Positions 22,004 to 32,477 of a stretch of DNA of 32,477 nucleotides are shown one piece after another. How positions within the stretch are numbered: position 1 is the stretch's first letter; every line of letters starts with the position of its first letter. The position numbers were made by a program, and so were the translations under genes. Below the pieces are notes generated by a model. It was not told the origin of the DNA, made no database searches, and worked only from the letters and a program-made list of their open reading frames with translations. Source of the DNA: Catajapyx aquilonaris (taxonomy: Eukaryota). The stretch is taken from contig KZ539133.1 of assembly GCA_000934665.2 (NCBI GenBank), positions 1 through 32,477 on the forward strand, read 5' to 3'.

Positions 22004-23038
22004 ATGTCTCGTTCAATTTATGATCCATTTGCAGGTGAGATTAGATGCAACATGGTGGCTTCATAAGGTGTATTGCAATGTTTTTGTTTGCAGGTGTGGC
22101 ACTGGACTGTGGAGGACAGATCATGCAGGGGATGAGTCCTGACTCGATGGTGCCTTCCTCCATGAGCATGATGGGAGTGGTTAGCTCCATGGGTAAGTTG
22201 TGAGGTAGGCATGTACTGACTCATGAGCTTCATTTTCAAATGCTTCTGTAGGGCCGGCCACATTCGTGCTGGATGGAGTCAGCAGCAGTGTAGCAGCCAA
22301 TGACGACAATGATGTATTTCAGTGTGGGAAATGTAAAAAGCAGTTTTCATCCCTCATCATTTTTATGGGGCACAAACAAGGACCATGCGGAGTAGCAGGT
22401 TTGGTTTTGGATGGCACAGTTTTGCTTTGTTATTTATGCGATTTTATTTTCGCAGAAATACGGTGTATTTCTATTGCTCGACCTGACAATGATCCATTTG
22501 ATGAAATGGCAAGGGGAATGGACGGCTCGCCAAGTGGGATTGTTGGCACAACCTCTACGCCAGTTGCATACATAAATTCGATCCAACTTCCACAGCCAAT
22601 AATCCTTAAGGACACGGACATGTTGCAATTTGGCATTGACCAGAGTTCTCTAGGAATAATCCCACCACCTGAGGTTAGTGAGTAATGCAACATCTTGCTA
22701 GTTTGGGTTTAAAATGTCAAGTTTTATTTTACTTTCAGGCTATGTCAGTTGGGTCATTCCTGAATGGGCCTGAAGAGCCCAAGAGCAGCGAAGAAGAGGG
22801 ACACTTGGGACCAGCAAGAGAAGAAAGGACTGCAGTTTTGATGGCCTCACTAAGTGCCCCTGGAGACCATCAGGCAACCTTCCTTGGTAGCCATGGTGAC
22901 AACCATGAATGTAGGGAAGAAATTGCGGAAGATGAGGAACTGCTGAATGACTCCACCCCTGAGGACCCCCTAGGTGCCGTAACTGCTGATGTTGCAATGA
23001 ATGCAGTTATTCAACCACGTTCCACAAAGGGAAAGAAG
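22004..23038 (+). CDS. ZNF341: ZNF341 exons 1-5 (N-terminal zinc finger and linker)
   Basis: Short GT-AG introns 22035-22093, 22193-22251, 22399-22455 and 22674-22738 keep one reading frame. Confidence 0.88.
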
Positions 23039-26000
23039 GCAAGTACAGTAAAACTTCTATAAGTCAAAGTTCTCTATAGGTCGAAGAAAATGATGAGCTC
23101 GGTTGGTCACAATGTAAAAGAATAGGAAATTCCCTAACTCGAAGTGCTGGAAGGGCCTTACGATGGGATTTCAATGCATTTTCAGTCTCCATAAGTCGAA
23201 GTTCATGTTGGCAAGTGTGGAAAATTTTCTCATTTCTCAGACAAAGGGTAGAGAGTAGGCCACATGTACATGTGGATTGAGCATGAATGGAGTGAATTTC
23301 TAAAGAAGTGTTTGACTCAATTGTGACAATTGAATCCTTGAATCTAAGAGTAGGAAAATGTCCATAACATAGTTTTTTTTTACAACAAAACAACCAGGAA
23401 CATTGTAAGTGTGATAGTGATAGTTATTTTAAAGTTATGAACACCTTTCGTCGCTGGATACTCTCCGACTGCCATAAGAGTGAACCTTTTGGGAAATCCT
23501 TCCGCGTTTCCTTAGCAATGTCAACAGAGGAAGGTGGCCAGACATGGAAATTCTTCGCAGCTTATAATCCTGTTTTTGGATTGTTTTAAAATGGTTAACA
23601 TCAAATTCGATAGCATGAAGTGGTAAATGGTCCATTCTAGCAGGGTACTTAATTATAATGGTTCAAGGGCTCCAAATACGTCCCTACAGGCGCCAAATTC
23701 CACCAGGTAAAACACCCCGATCTGGCAACAAAAGCAGGTACAGATATATCAAAACATTTTACTCTACATCGTATTCCCGAAACCGGCCATTTCTTTTGTA
23801 GCCTACAGTTAAGGTTCACTCTTATAGTAGTCGGAGAGTATGAAGGTAGGCTTCCATATAGAGTTATGTGATTAAAAAACTCCAAACTTCTCTAACTAGA
23901 ACCTTATATAACTCGAAGTTTTTTTCCGGTCCCATGGCGATTCGACTTATGGAAGTTTTACTGTACAAGATCCAGAGGTGTGACTCTATTCCAAGCAGGT
24001 GCATATGGCAGACATTTGGTCATTTCACTTTATCTGATATAGCTGCAGGATGTGCTATTGGCAGTTTTCTGCTGCACATGTATGCAATATGTAGGTTATA
24101 GGATGTTCCAAATATTCAGGTTCTTTTTTAATTATCACAGATTTTTCTCGAAATAATTATTTTTGTGCTGCTTGTTGGATCCTGACGAAAATCGTAGTCT
24201 GAAAACCGTAGCTGTCTTCTCGAAACACGACTACGAGTATGACATTTAATGTGTACTTCCACACTAAAAAGGTCAGTTGCTCTTATCCACTTTCGACTTT
24301 CCCCAGTCTTAGTGGTACAGTGCTGGACATATTAGCAGTCCCTAAATATTTTTCTCCCTGCTTTCGGCGGCGTTGGCGTTACCTGACAACCGTGGCGGGC
24401 GCATTCAAACATAAGACCATGGGCTTCGCTTACAGTGTTCTTTTGAATTCGATTGTTGACATTGTTTACAGAGAGTGAGTGAAGCGGACAACCCTGCGAT
24501 GGGTCTGCCTGCTTACATGTTAGCAGCGATAAACAGGGGGGAAGAAATGGAAAATTATCCCTGGACCCAACAAAGGTTTTTGTCCACAGCACCTGAAATT
24601 CCATCCCTTAGGGGGGCGGGTGGACACCCCTTAATTAAAATTAGGGGTGTTCTCATTAAAAGTGCGTTTAACTGACGGATTCCTTCGGTTTAAGTGTCTT
24701 TTCCATGTAATTTGACACTGCTGAGATGAATGGTGGCCATACCTCATATGTCAGACACTGCGTTAGCCACGGAATTTGTCCCTTATGGCGTCACATTTCA
24801 AAATGTCAGCCCTATTGACGTGCCATGTTAATCCTGCTGTGTACCGCGTCCTAGTGCGAATATGAAGCGAATGGCACGTAAATGGAACGGTCATTTTGAA
24901 ATATGACGTCTTAGCGGTGTCGAATTGCGTGGAAAAGACACTTAAATCGAAGGACTCCATCAGTTAAACGCACTTTAAATTTTCCGTTCCACCTGTTTGT
25001 GGCTGCTAACGTGTAGGCGGACCCGTCACGTCACAGGGTCGTCCACGTCACTCGCTCTCAGCTGTAAACAATGGCGACAATTGAATTCGAAAGAACACTG
25101 GACACCCATGGTCTTATGTTTGAATGTGTTTGTTTGTCTGTTTGTTTGTTTGTTTTTATTACCCCGTTCTGGAGCGTTGCTCCTATAGGGGGACACAACC
25201 TCATACAGAGCACATGGACATGTACTTTCCCACATGCATACAAAAATTGTATACATCAAAGATAATCAGTTTCGTTGGTTCCTGGAATGTCAAATGAAAA
25301 CAATTTGGAGGGTGACGTTGGACATTGTTGAGATATTGACTGCGGAGCGTTTTAAATATTGGACATTGAAGCATAAGATGGTAACAAGAAAAAATCTCAC
25401 TCATATTGCACCAATCACAATTCTGGTCGGACGAGAACATAACCTTATGGCCTGCCATCCAAACAGATCTCGAATTGTTTTTTAAATTTAGCCACAGGCG
25501 CAGATGAGGTAAGGGCAAGTTGAAAGAGAAGTACTGTTCAATGGAAGGCATGACCTTGTAAACTGGTCCATATGCTGAGGAGTTGTTTATCCTCTCCAAA
25601 TCTAAGTTGTAATGGAAAATCTCCATACGATTCTGAATTTGTTCTATATTCGTTGATTCTAGATCTTCCAAAGTTAACACATTCGGTGCAATTTTTTGTA
25701 GCAGCGTTGCGTACCAATTGAACGCCAAGTCCTTGTGCAATGAATTTGCAGAAATCAGATACTACATAGCCTGAAAACAGGAGTAACATTGGGTCGAGAA
25801 CCAAGTTTCCTCCAAAATTTAATTGACTGTAACAACAATTTTATCGACAGAGGAGAAATGCCGGTCTCTAGCCTAAAGAAAAAGCCGGCTGCTTATGTTT
25901 GAATGTGCCCCCTGAGGTTGCCAGATAACGCCAATGCCGCCTAACGCCAGAAAAAAAAAACCATTTAGGGACTGCTAATATGTCCAGCACTGTATCATCA

Positions 26001-29000
26001 GTCCAAAAAGAATTGTCCCTCGCGTCGAGCGGGAAGCCACGCGTCAGGATGAAGGGAACCAGTTGACTGGTTGCTTTCATCCTGACGCGTGGCTGCCCGC
26101 TCGACGCGAGGGACAATTCTTTTTGAACTGTTGATACCTGGCTATAGAGACTGGGGCAAGCGGATAGGGCAACTGACCTTTTTAGTGTGGAAGCACGTAT
26201 TGAATTTGCTCCAAGTTATACTCGTAGAGTCGTAGTCGTGTTTTGTGTGAGAAAATAGCTATGGTTTTCGTGCTACATGTTTCATCCACCAAGTTCAGCA
26301 GTGCTCTTTGGTTATGGTATGAGGATGTATAGGATCGTCTCTATGTGGAAGGCTACATTACGTCAATGGTACCTTAAATGCAACCAGGTACCAGCAGCTT
26401 CTGCAGGAAAGCCTGTTACTTTCAATCGTGACCCTACGTCCACTCGGGGACTTCATGTTCAAAAAAGACAGTGTAACCTACCATACTGCCTGCATATCGA
26501 AGTGCTAGTTGCAGGAGCATGAAATAGAGTGAATGCCATGACTGTCGATCAGTCCAGATCGAGACATTTTGGAACCAGGTAAATCAGATTCTCCGTCACA
26601 ATAGCCCTTGGACAGCGGGGGGTGTTGTAGGCAATGCTGCAGGCCATTTGGGATTCCCCTAGAGCAGAAACATCTGCCGAACTGATCGCCAGCATGCCGG
26701 ACTATGTGGCAGTTATGATTGAGAGAAAATTTGATGTCACACAGTAATGTTGCAACAATAAATCTTGGGCAGCCCAATCTTTCTGTCCATGTTAGCGCTG
26801 CTTTTTTCATTCTTTTTTGTGCAGGGGGTACATGTACTGCCTTACAACTCATGAAGTACATGTATGAATGTTGCGAAAATCGGGTATGAGGTAGCCTGTA
26901 TTGCCACGTACCACTTAAAAAATTGCGACAATTTGGACAATGCAGAATGAGCAGCAGCCTCCTTTTAAGAGGTTGCTCATTACAAATGTCAGGGGTGGCC
27001 CAATCTTTTTGACTTTGGGCAATATTCTGAAACCACAACACTTGTACAGGGTCCTGGGGCATGGGTCCCAGCACCATTTGTGTTATTGTGTCTGTGTTGT
27101 TTTAGAATCACTGTACCATTACTATACGTCTATACGTCTTGTGCACCGAAGTCTAAGGAACGTTGTTGTGGCTTTGCCTATCTGTCTTATCAGTTGGCGC
27201 TGGAACCAGGTACCCAGGGCTTCTTACCTAGCACAAGTTTGTGGTTTTGGAATATTGCTACCTTTCCAGTTCTGTAAACATTGCAAATTTTTTGCATATG
27301 ACCTAAATTTTGTACATAAATTCATATCTATACAAGTCTAGGTAAGTCAGGGACTGCATGTAATGTGTAATAATTACAGTCGAATCCCTTTAAACGAATC
27401 AGGATATAATGAAAATCCACTTATAACGGGGAAAAAATTGTGACTGTCGGAGGCCCCTAAATAATAATAATTCATACTCTGTTATCAGCCATCGGCTCTT
27501 TAGGGGGGAAGTTTGTTTTGCCTGGAACTCTTTGCTTTCATTTTACTGCCCTTTTTGGGATAGGATAGGGACGGAAGGAAAGCGGCTGTGGCCTATTAAT
27601 TACGGAAGCAACTCCGGAATTTACCTGGAAGGACCGTGGGAATCCACAGAAAACCACTGTCAGAGTTCCTGGCCCCAGGATTTGATCCCAGGACCTCCCG
27701 ATTAGCAGTCGGACACCATATCCCCTCCTCCAAACTGCTTCAGTCAGAGGCCCCATATAAACCGCATGTTGAAAATATCTGCTGTTAACGAAAGGATTTT
27801 CGGTTTCGGTTCGCGTATAACGAAAAAAATGTCGCTCCTCCCGTCCCACCTCTTGGCCGAAAAAGGGCGGAAGCTGGCAAATCGGGCCATAAAACCATCT
27901 GTGTGTGGGCCCCCCCAGGGTAGGAGGCATGTGGTTAAAACCCTGGGACCTGGGAAAATTCATTGGAAATTTGAGCAGCAAAACGAATCACATCTGGAAC
28001 GGAATTCCTGGACGCGGACTTATCATATGCTGCCCCTAGAGATGCTGCCTAAAAGGTGGGATGAGGGCGCAAGCGGAAAAGGAGAAGGGCCTGGCCTGCA
28101 CCTGGTGCAGTCCTCTGGTGTTCTGTAGCTTATTTTTGTCGCGTTTGAGCCGTGCTTTGTGAGATAATCTAATTTATCCCGGAAGATTTTTTTAACTTTT
28201 TCCCGCTACCAGGACTTAATATAATGCCTAAATATTGAAAAAAGTGAGGTTTAAACGCATTTTTTTATACAGGGTGTAAATGAATTCAGGGGACAAACTT
28301 GGAGGGGTAATACCGAAGCAGTAGTGGTGGAGTGGATAGGGTATCCGACTGCTAAACGGGAGGTCCTGGGTTCGAATCCCGGAGTCCGGCGACCCTGACC
28401 ATGGTTTTCTGTGGTTTCCCATGGTCCTTGCAGGATAATTCCGGGGTCGTTACCGTAATATAGGCCACAGCCGCTTCCTTCCTTCCCTTTCCCTGCTTCA
28501 TTCCGAAGATGAGAAAAATAGTAAAAAAATGGAAGAAATCCCCCCCTAGGAAGGCCCGTAGGCTGATAATGGGGTATCAAATTATTATTATTATTAACTT
28601 GGAGGGGTAATAGAGGGGACCAATACAAGTATTTTTGACTTTGGAACCCATGTCCGGAAACGCCATCTAGAGGGGGTTCATAGACAAGGAAAGGGTGCGC
28701 TCAGACGCGTCAGGTGGGCGGCGTTAACGAGCGGAGCGTTTAGTTGCTAGGTGGCGCGCGGATTGTACACAACTTCGCAATTCGCCATAACCTGGCAACA
28801 CCAAAGCCACGTAGAAACTAAAGTCAGCATGCTAGGTAGCGAGCAGATAATAAACAACAACTCTGTTGTTGCCAGGTTATGGCGAATTGCGAAGTTGTGT
28901 ACAATCCGCCCGCCACCTAGCAACTAAACAGTCCGCTCACCAACACTGCCCGACTGACGCGTCTAAGCGCACCCGTTCCTTGTCCATGAACCCCCTCTAG

Positions 29001-30235
29001 ATGGCATTTCCGGACACAGGTTCCAATGTCAAAAATACTTGCATTGGTCCCCTCTATTACCCCTACAAGTTGGCCCCCTAATTCATTTACACCCTGTATA
29101 ACGAAAGAAAATTAGGTTCCCTTCAATTTTGTTATAGAGGGATTCGACTGCATTAGTTAACCTGTTTTTGCATTCAGGAAACTTTTATCTGGTTAGAAAA
29201 GATCATGGGTTCTATTAGGAATTACCTGGTTAACATACCCCATAGTTTTACTTGCCATGGCTCCCAAAATCAAGAAGAGAAATTTCCAAGCTGAAGTGCA
29301 TGCCCATTTCAATTTCAATTGATTTTGCTCCTACCTACAGTCGATACTTCATATGGCATGTTTTGTTGATCCTGTTTAGATCAGATATAACTCCAGCCTC
29401 AGCTGTTTTATTTGCACATTTGTCATGAGGTAAAAGTTCAGATCGTAGGTTCACTTTGAATAATTGATATCAAGAAGTGAATGGCTGTAACAAAATGGTA
29501 GTGCTGACAGATTTCTTGTGCTTGCAGTTCAGGTGTGCCTACTGTTCAAAGACATTTTCCAAGAATTTTGATCTGCAACAGCATGTGCGGAGACATACAG
29601 GAGAGAAGCCTTTCCAGTGTGTGGTGTGTGGGAGGGCTTTTTCCCAAAAATCAAATGTAAAGAAGCATATGCAGACCCACAAAGTCTGGCCAAATGGCAT
29701 CTCTCAAACATTACCAAAGGACCCCTTTCAAACTGTGGTCACAATGAACAGCCACATCGAATCAACTACTGCGGGTCAAGCTTCTGTGAGTGTGATGTGA
29801 TAGTCATTCATGATGTTTATCCTCTCTGACTTTTCCTATGCAATATGTTTTTATTTTTCAGCTATTTGCCACAAAAATGGACATTACAGGAGAAATGGAG
29901 GAGCAAGATGAGGAAGATGAACAAGTGCATGTGATAGTGAACAACTCTTATGTTTGTCAGTATTGTTCACGATCGTTTCGTTCTTACTCTGGACTGAAGA
30001 CACACATGAAAGAGCATCAAGAGGAGAAGGTGTATCGCTGTCCACAAAAGAGCTGCAGCATGACATTTGTTGACTTGGATCCTTTCCTGGAACACGTTCG
30101 CACACATGAATTTAATGGACAGTATCGCTGCCATATCTGCAGCCGCCACTTTGCCTCGCTTACTGACTTGGGAGCTCATCAATATACGCATTCGCTGTCC
30201 CCTTCTACAAAGAGCAATGGCCGTCCAGGGGTCAG
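22004..30235 (+). CDS. ZNF341: Zinc finger protein 341 orthologue (C2H2 transcription factor), exons 1-7; 3' exons not found in window
   Basis: Phase-consistent exons 22004-22034, 22094-22192, 22252-22398, 22456-22673, 22739-23038, 29528-29785 and 29862-30235. The product has [11 protein letters not shown].., [78 protein letters not shown], and [39 protein letters not shown], all diagnostic of ZNF341. Confidence 0.93.
23046..23963. mobile_element. pogo/Tigger-type MITE
   Basis: TA|cagtaaaacttctataagtc...gacttatggaagttttactg|TA, with a typical ttccggtccc subterminal motif. Confidence 0.85.
24660..24975. mobile_element. MITE (PIF/Harbinger-like termini)
   Basis: About 70-bp TIR aagtgcgtttaactgacggattccttcggtttaagtgtcttttcca versus tggaaaagacacttaaatcgaaggactccatcagttaaacgcactt, with TAA/TTAA flanks. 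Confidence 0.75.
25129..25891 (-). mobile_element. 5'-truncated non-LTR retrotransposon (RTE-X-like ORF2 C-terminus)
   Basis: 16-bp TSD cttatgtttgaatgtg (25113-25128 and 25892-25907) and an aataaa+(CAAA)n tail. It encodes [16 protein letters not shown] and a CCHC knuckle [26 protein letters not shown] (ORF 25201-25740). Confidence 0.85.
25995..26134. mobile_element. Near-perfect 140-bp hairpin MITE with TA TSD
   Basis: tcatcagtccaaaaagaattgtccctcgcgtcgagcggg...aaccagt-tg-actggtt...cccgctcgacgcgagggacaattctttttgaactgttga. It is absent from the opposite arm of the host element, where the site is an empty gTAc. Confidence 0.85.
27458..27742 (-). mobile_element. tRNA-derived SINE
   Basis: Same family as 28313-28595 in reverse. 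It has an (ATT)n tail and an imperfect 12-bp TSD gtcggaggcccc / gtcagaggcccc (27446-27457 and 27743-27754). Confidence 0.85.
28270..29096. mobile_element. Tc1/mariner-type palindromic MITE (CAGGGTG ends)
   Basis: TA|cagggtgtaaatgaatt...aattcatttacaccctg|TA. Arms are about 230 bp (28270-28312 + 28613-28800 versus 28868-29096). Confidence 0.9.
28313..28595 (+). mobile_element. tRNA-derived SINE
   Basis: A box tggtggagtgg, B box ggttcgaatccc, body ..taggccacagccgcttccttcc.., (ATT)n tail, and a perfect 17-bp TSD aacttggaggggtaata (28296-28312 and 28596-28612). Confidence 0.92.
29528..30235 (+). CDS. ZNF341: ZNF341 exons 6-7 (C2H2 finger cluster)
   Basis: ORFs 29477-29800 and 29838-30251. Acceptors ttgcag|ttc and tttcag|cta; donors tct|gtgagt and cag|gtgcgt. 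Confidence 0.95.
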
Positions 30236-30977
30236 GTGCGTGACTATTTGAATGGACAGATCTTTTTAAACCTGGATTTTTCATGCACTTATTGTCAGTA
30301 GAGTTTCCGCTACCTTTCTGAAAGAATCTGTAGCATGATGTTTATTTAATACCTGGATCCCCTTCACAAAGTTGGGATGTGCAAGACACATGCAAATCAT
30401 ACAATATACTATAAGATATGCAACAAATAGGTAAATCATCATAACTGCAATCAAGAGCTAATAACTGAGAGCATGTGACAAGTCCTTTGGCGTGACTACA
30501 CCTCCGAATGAGTAGGGAAGTTTTGTGATTTTTTTCCCTCTGGCGCGACTAGGCAGAACCAAAAAGGGAATGTTTGTCCCTCCCGCAGAGGCGTGTCTAC
30601 TTCAGGGGGTCAACTCTTTCTGTTATCACCTTTGCCATTGCTGAGCTCCTGCCAATTGGCTGGATCCTGGAGCAATTGGCTTCTCATCAGTTACAGAACC
30701 CACTTTGCGCATGCCAGATCTCCTTCCAGGTTTTAAAAAGGACAGGCAAATGTAACCTAATATTAATAGGTAATACTTTTGATCATCCTTAAAAGTAACT
30801 AGGCAAAATTAACTGCTGAAAATAAGCAACGTAGTGCCAATGAATAGCCATATTAGACAAATATTTTTTTGAATCACCTTGTCTTTTGTACATTATGACT
30901 TTAATGTGGATCATTGACAAATTAATGCTGTCAGTTTTTCTGCCATCTTTAAGATTTATGTGCCACTTTCCCTACAC

Positions 30978-31320
30978 TTAGCTCCAGTTGTCTTCAGAAG
31001 CCCGTGTGGATTCTGTTATTTTTGTGTAACTTTTTACGCTATTGACTTGATGAACAAACCTATTGCACCAGTCATACTGGTAAGACATCCCCCTTTGTTC
31101 ACGGTAAACTATGTGACGAAAGAGGGCAATTTGCCTGCATTCCAAAATGATGACCTTCTGGTTCATCGTCACTATGCCACAAGCTAGAGTGTTAGACTGA
31201 TATGGCTCCCCCACCTTCTGCACCTCAAGTGCCTGTCAATGAAAAGTGCATTCCATGGGAGATCGTTTGCCTTGCTCAGCGTAGTAACCCACCTTTTTGG
31301 CATTGGATTTCTTGATCTCA
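30978..31320 (-). mobile_element. Possible pogo/Tigger transposase relic (CENP-B-type HTH)
   Basis: ORF 30978-31223 has MNQKVIILECRQIA..DWCNRFVHQ..TKI, resembling the CENP-B HTH signature (..KAREIA..GWxxRFxxR..RTxI). Degenerate. Confidence 0.4.
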
Positions 31321-31366
31321 AAGTTTTTTGAACTATAATTATATCATCTAATATTCATCTCATATA

Positions 31367-32301
31367 CTTGCCCTAAGTCATAATTATTTGGCCACCCCCA
31401 AAGAAATGGAGCGGTGGGGTTATACACAGGATGTGATAAAAAGTTTCCATTAAGATTATCTGGACTTTAGAATGGATAATTATGAATAGTAACAATTGAG
31501 CTAGGAGGATACCAAATTTGAAGTTACTTTGACAGTTAACAACTGAAATAAATACGATTATACCTTGGACAGTGAATTTCTGTGGGGTCTGGTAAAAATT
31601 GCTGCCACTATGTTTATTTGTTACTTAGCGGGATGTAAATGTTGATAATGAACCTCAGGGGCCACACAAACCCAAAAACAGTATTGACATTAATTGCAAA
31701 AAATCTACCACGGAATTAGAAAACATTTATCATGGCTTGCAGATATGAATTTTCTGTGCATTTTTGAATTAAGGAATATTTAAAGCCATTTTACTTTAAT
31801 TGAATTGAAATTTTTTATCATAGCACATTGGACTGAGTTCTAGATAAACAATACTATCACATTTTAATTTATTAATAAATAACACCGTTAAATGTGGTAC
31901 AGGCAAGTCTATCAATTTCAGAAAAAATACACTTGAGATAAATACTGTTTAATTCCGTGGTAGATTTTTTGCAATTAATGTCAATACTGTTTTTGGGTTT
32001 GTGTGGCCCCTGAGGTTCATTATCAACATTTACATCTCGCTAAGTAAGAAATAAACATAGTGGCAGCAATTTTTACCATACCCCACAGAAATTCACTGTC
32101 CAAGGTATAATTGTATTTATTTCAGTTGTTAGCTGTCGAATTACCTTCAACTTTGGTATCCTCCTAGCTCAATTGTTACTATTCATAATTATCCATTCTA
32201 AAGTCCAGATAATCTTAATGGAAACTTTTTATCACATCTTGTGTATAACCCCACAACTCCATTTCTTTGGGGGTGGCCAAATAATTATGACTTAGGGCAA
32301 G
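31367..32301. mobile_element. Tc1-like long-TIR MITE (935 bp, ~350-bp arms)
   Basis: TA|cttgccctaagtcataattatttggccacc...ggtggccaaataattatgacttagggcaag|TA. Arms 31367-~31719 and ~31950-32301 are highly similar reverse complements. Confidence 0.92.
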
Positions 32302-32412
32302 TAAAAATTAATGGGGCCATCCTATTATATGTAGACACTTTTTCCCCCCATTTTCAACCCCTATACCTGCTCCCTTGGTGGGTACCTCTGCACAATTCAT
32401 GTACTCCCCCAT

Positions 32413-32477
32413 AGGGGTGTATTACCCAATAGGCCGAGTAGGCGCGTGCCTAGGGCGGCAAAAATGTCATGAGGGCG
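32413..32477 (+). mobile_element. Probable hAT-type MITE left end (runs off window)
   Basis: aggggtgtattacccaataggccgagtaggcgcgtgcctagggcggc resembles the starts of common hAT MITEs. Confidence 0.4.

Larger units (their letters stand above)
24200..26270. mobile_element. Foldback-type TIR element with ~280-bp arms, carrying three nested insertions
   Basis: About 24200-24480 is the reverse complement of 25050-25128 + 25908-25992 + 26137-26270 once the inserts are removed (for example cagtgctggacatattagcagtccctaaat versus atttagggactgctaatatgtccagcactg). Confidence 0.8.
27377..29150. mobile_element. pogo/Tigger-type MITE hosting nested elements
   Basis: TA|cagtcgaatccct...agggattcgactg|CA, with ataacg subterminal motifs at both ends. 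Confidence 0.8.

Noticed and set aside
28313..28390. tRNA gene
   Set aside because: The A and B boxes continue into a SINE body with an (ATT)n tail and a TSD, and there is no proper acceptor stem.
30236..32477. Next ZNF341 exon (expected C2H2 fingers)
   Set aside because: No C2H2-coding exon was found, so it presumably lies beyond the window.

Overview
Eukaryotic, probably insect genomic DNA (spliceosomal introns, tRNA-derived SINEs, many DNA-transposon MITEs, one assembly gap at about 9614-9745). No prokaryotic operon, CRISPR array, rRNA or real tRNA is visible. Two spliced genes can be reconstructed by hand. (1) On the minus strand (7462->5156) is a PGP/SHIPPO-repeat ciliary protein resembling LEXM/CIMAP2; its first exon is unresolved. 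(2) On the plus strand (22004->30235, incomplete at the 3' end) is a ZNF341 orthologue with a 6.5-kb GC-AG intron. Between them are minus-strand orphan exons (15091-14701 and 14034-13976) with a weak Tudor/SN-fold-like segment, which could be a separate gene or a 5' extension of the LEXM-like gene. The rest is a dense, nested transposon landscape: a mariner relic, a decayed Sola2 transposase plus a related non-autonomous copy, hAT, piggyBac, pogo/Tigger and Tc1-type MITEs, a truncated RTE-X-like LINE, SINEs with target-site duplications (TSDs) and several long hairpins. I found no convincing evidence of a wholly new system. The best leads are the orphan exons and possible fusion, the GC-AG intron with its Russian-doll TE stacks and dsRNA potential, the Sola2 pair, and a perfect 62-bp palindrome. 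All homology calls come from recalled family motifs, not database searches.
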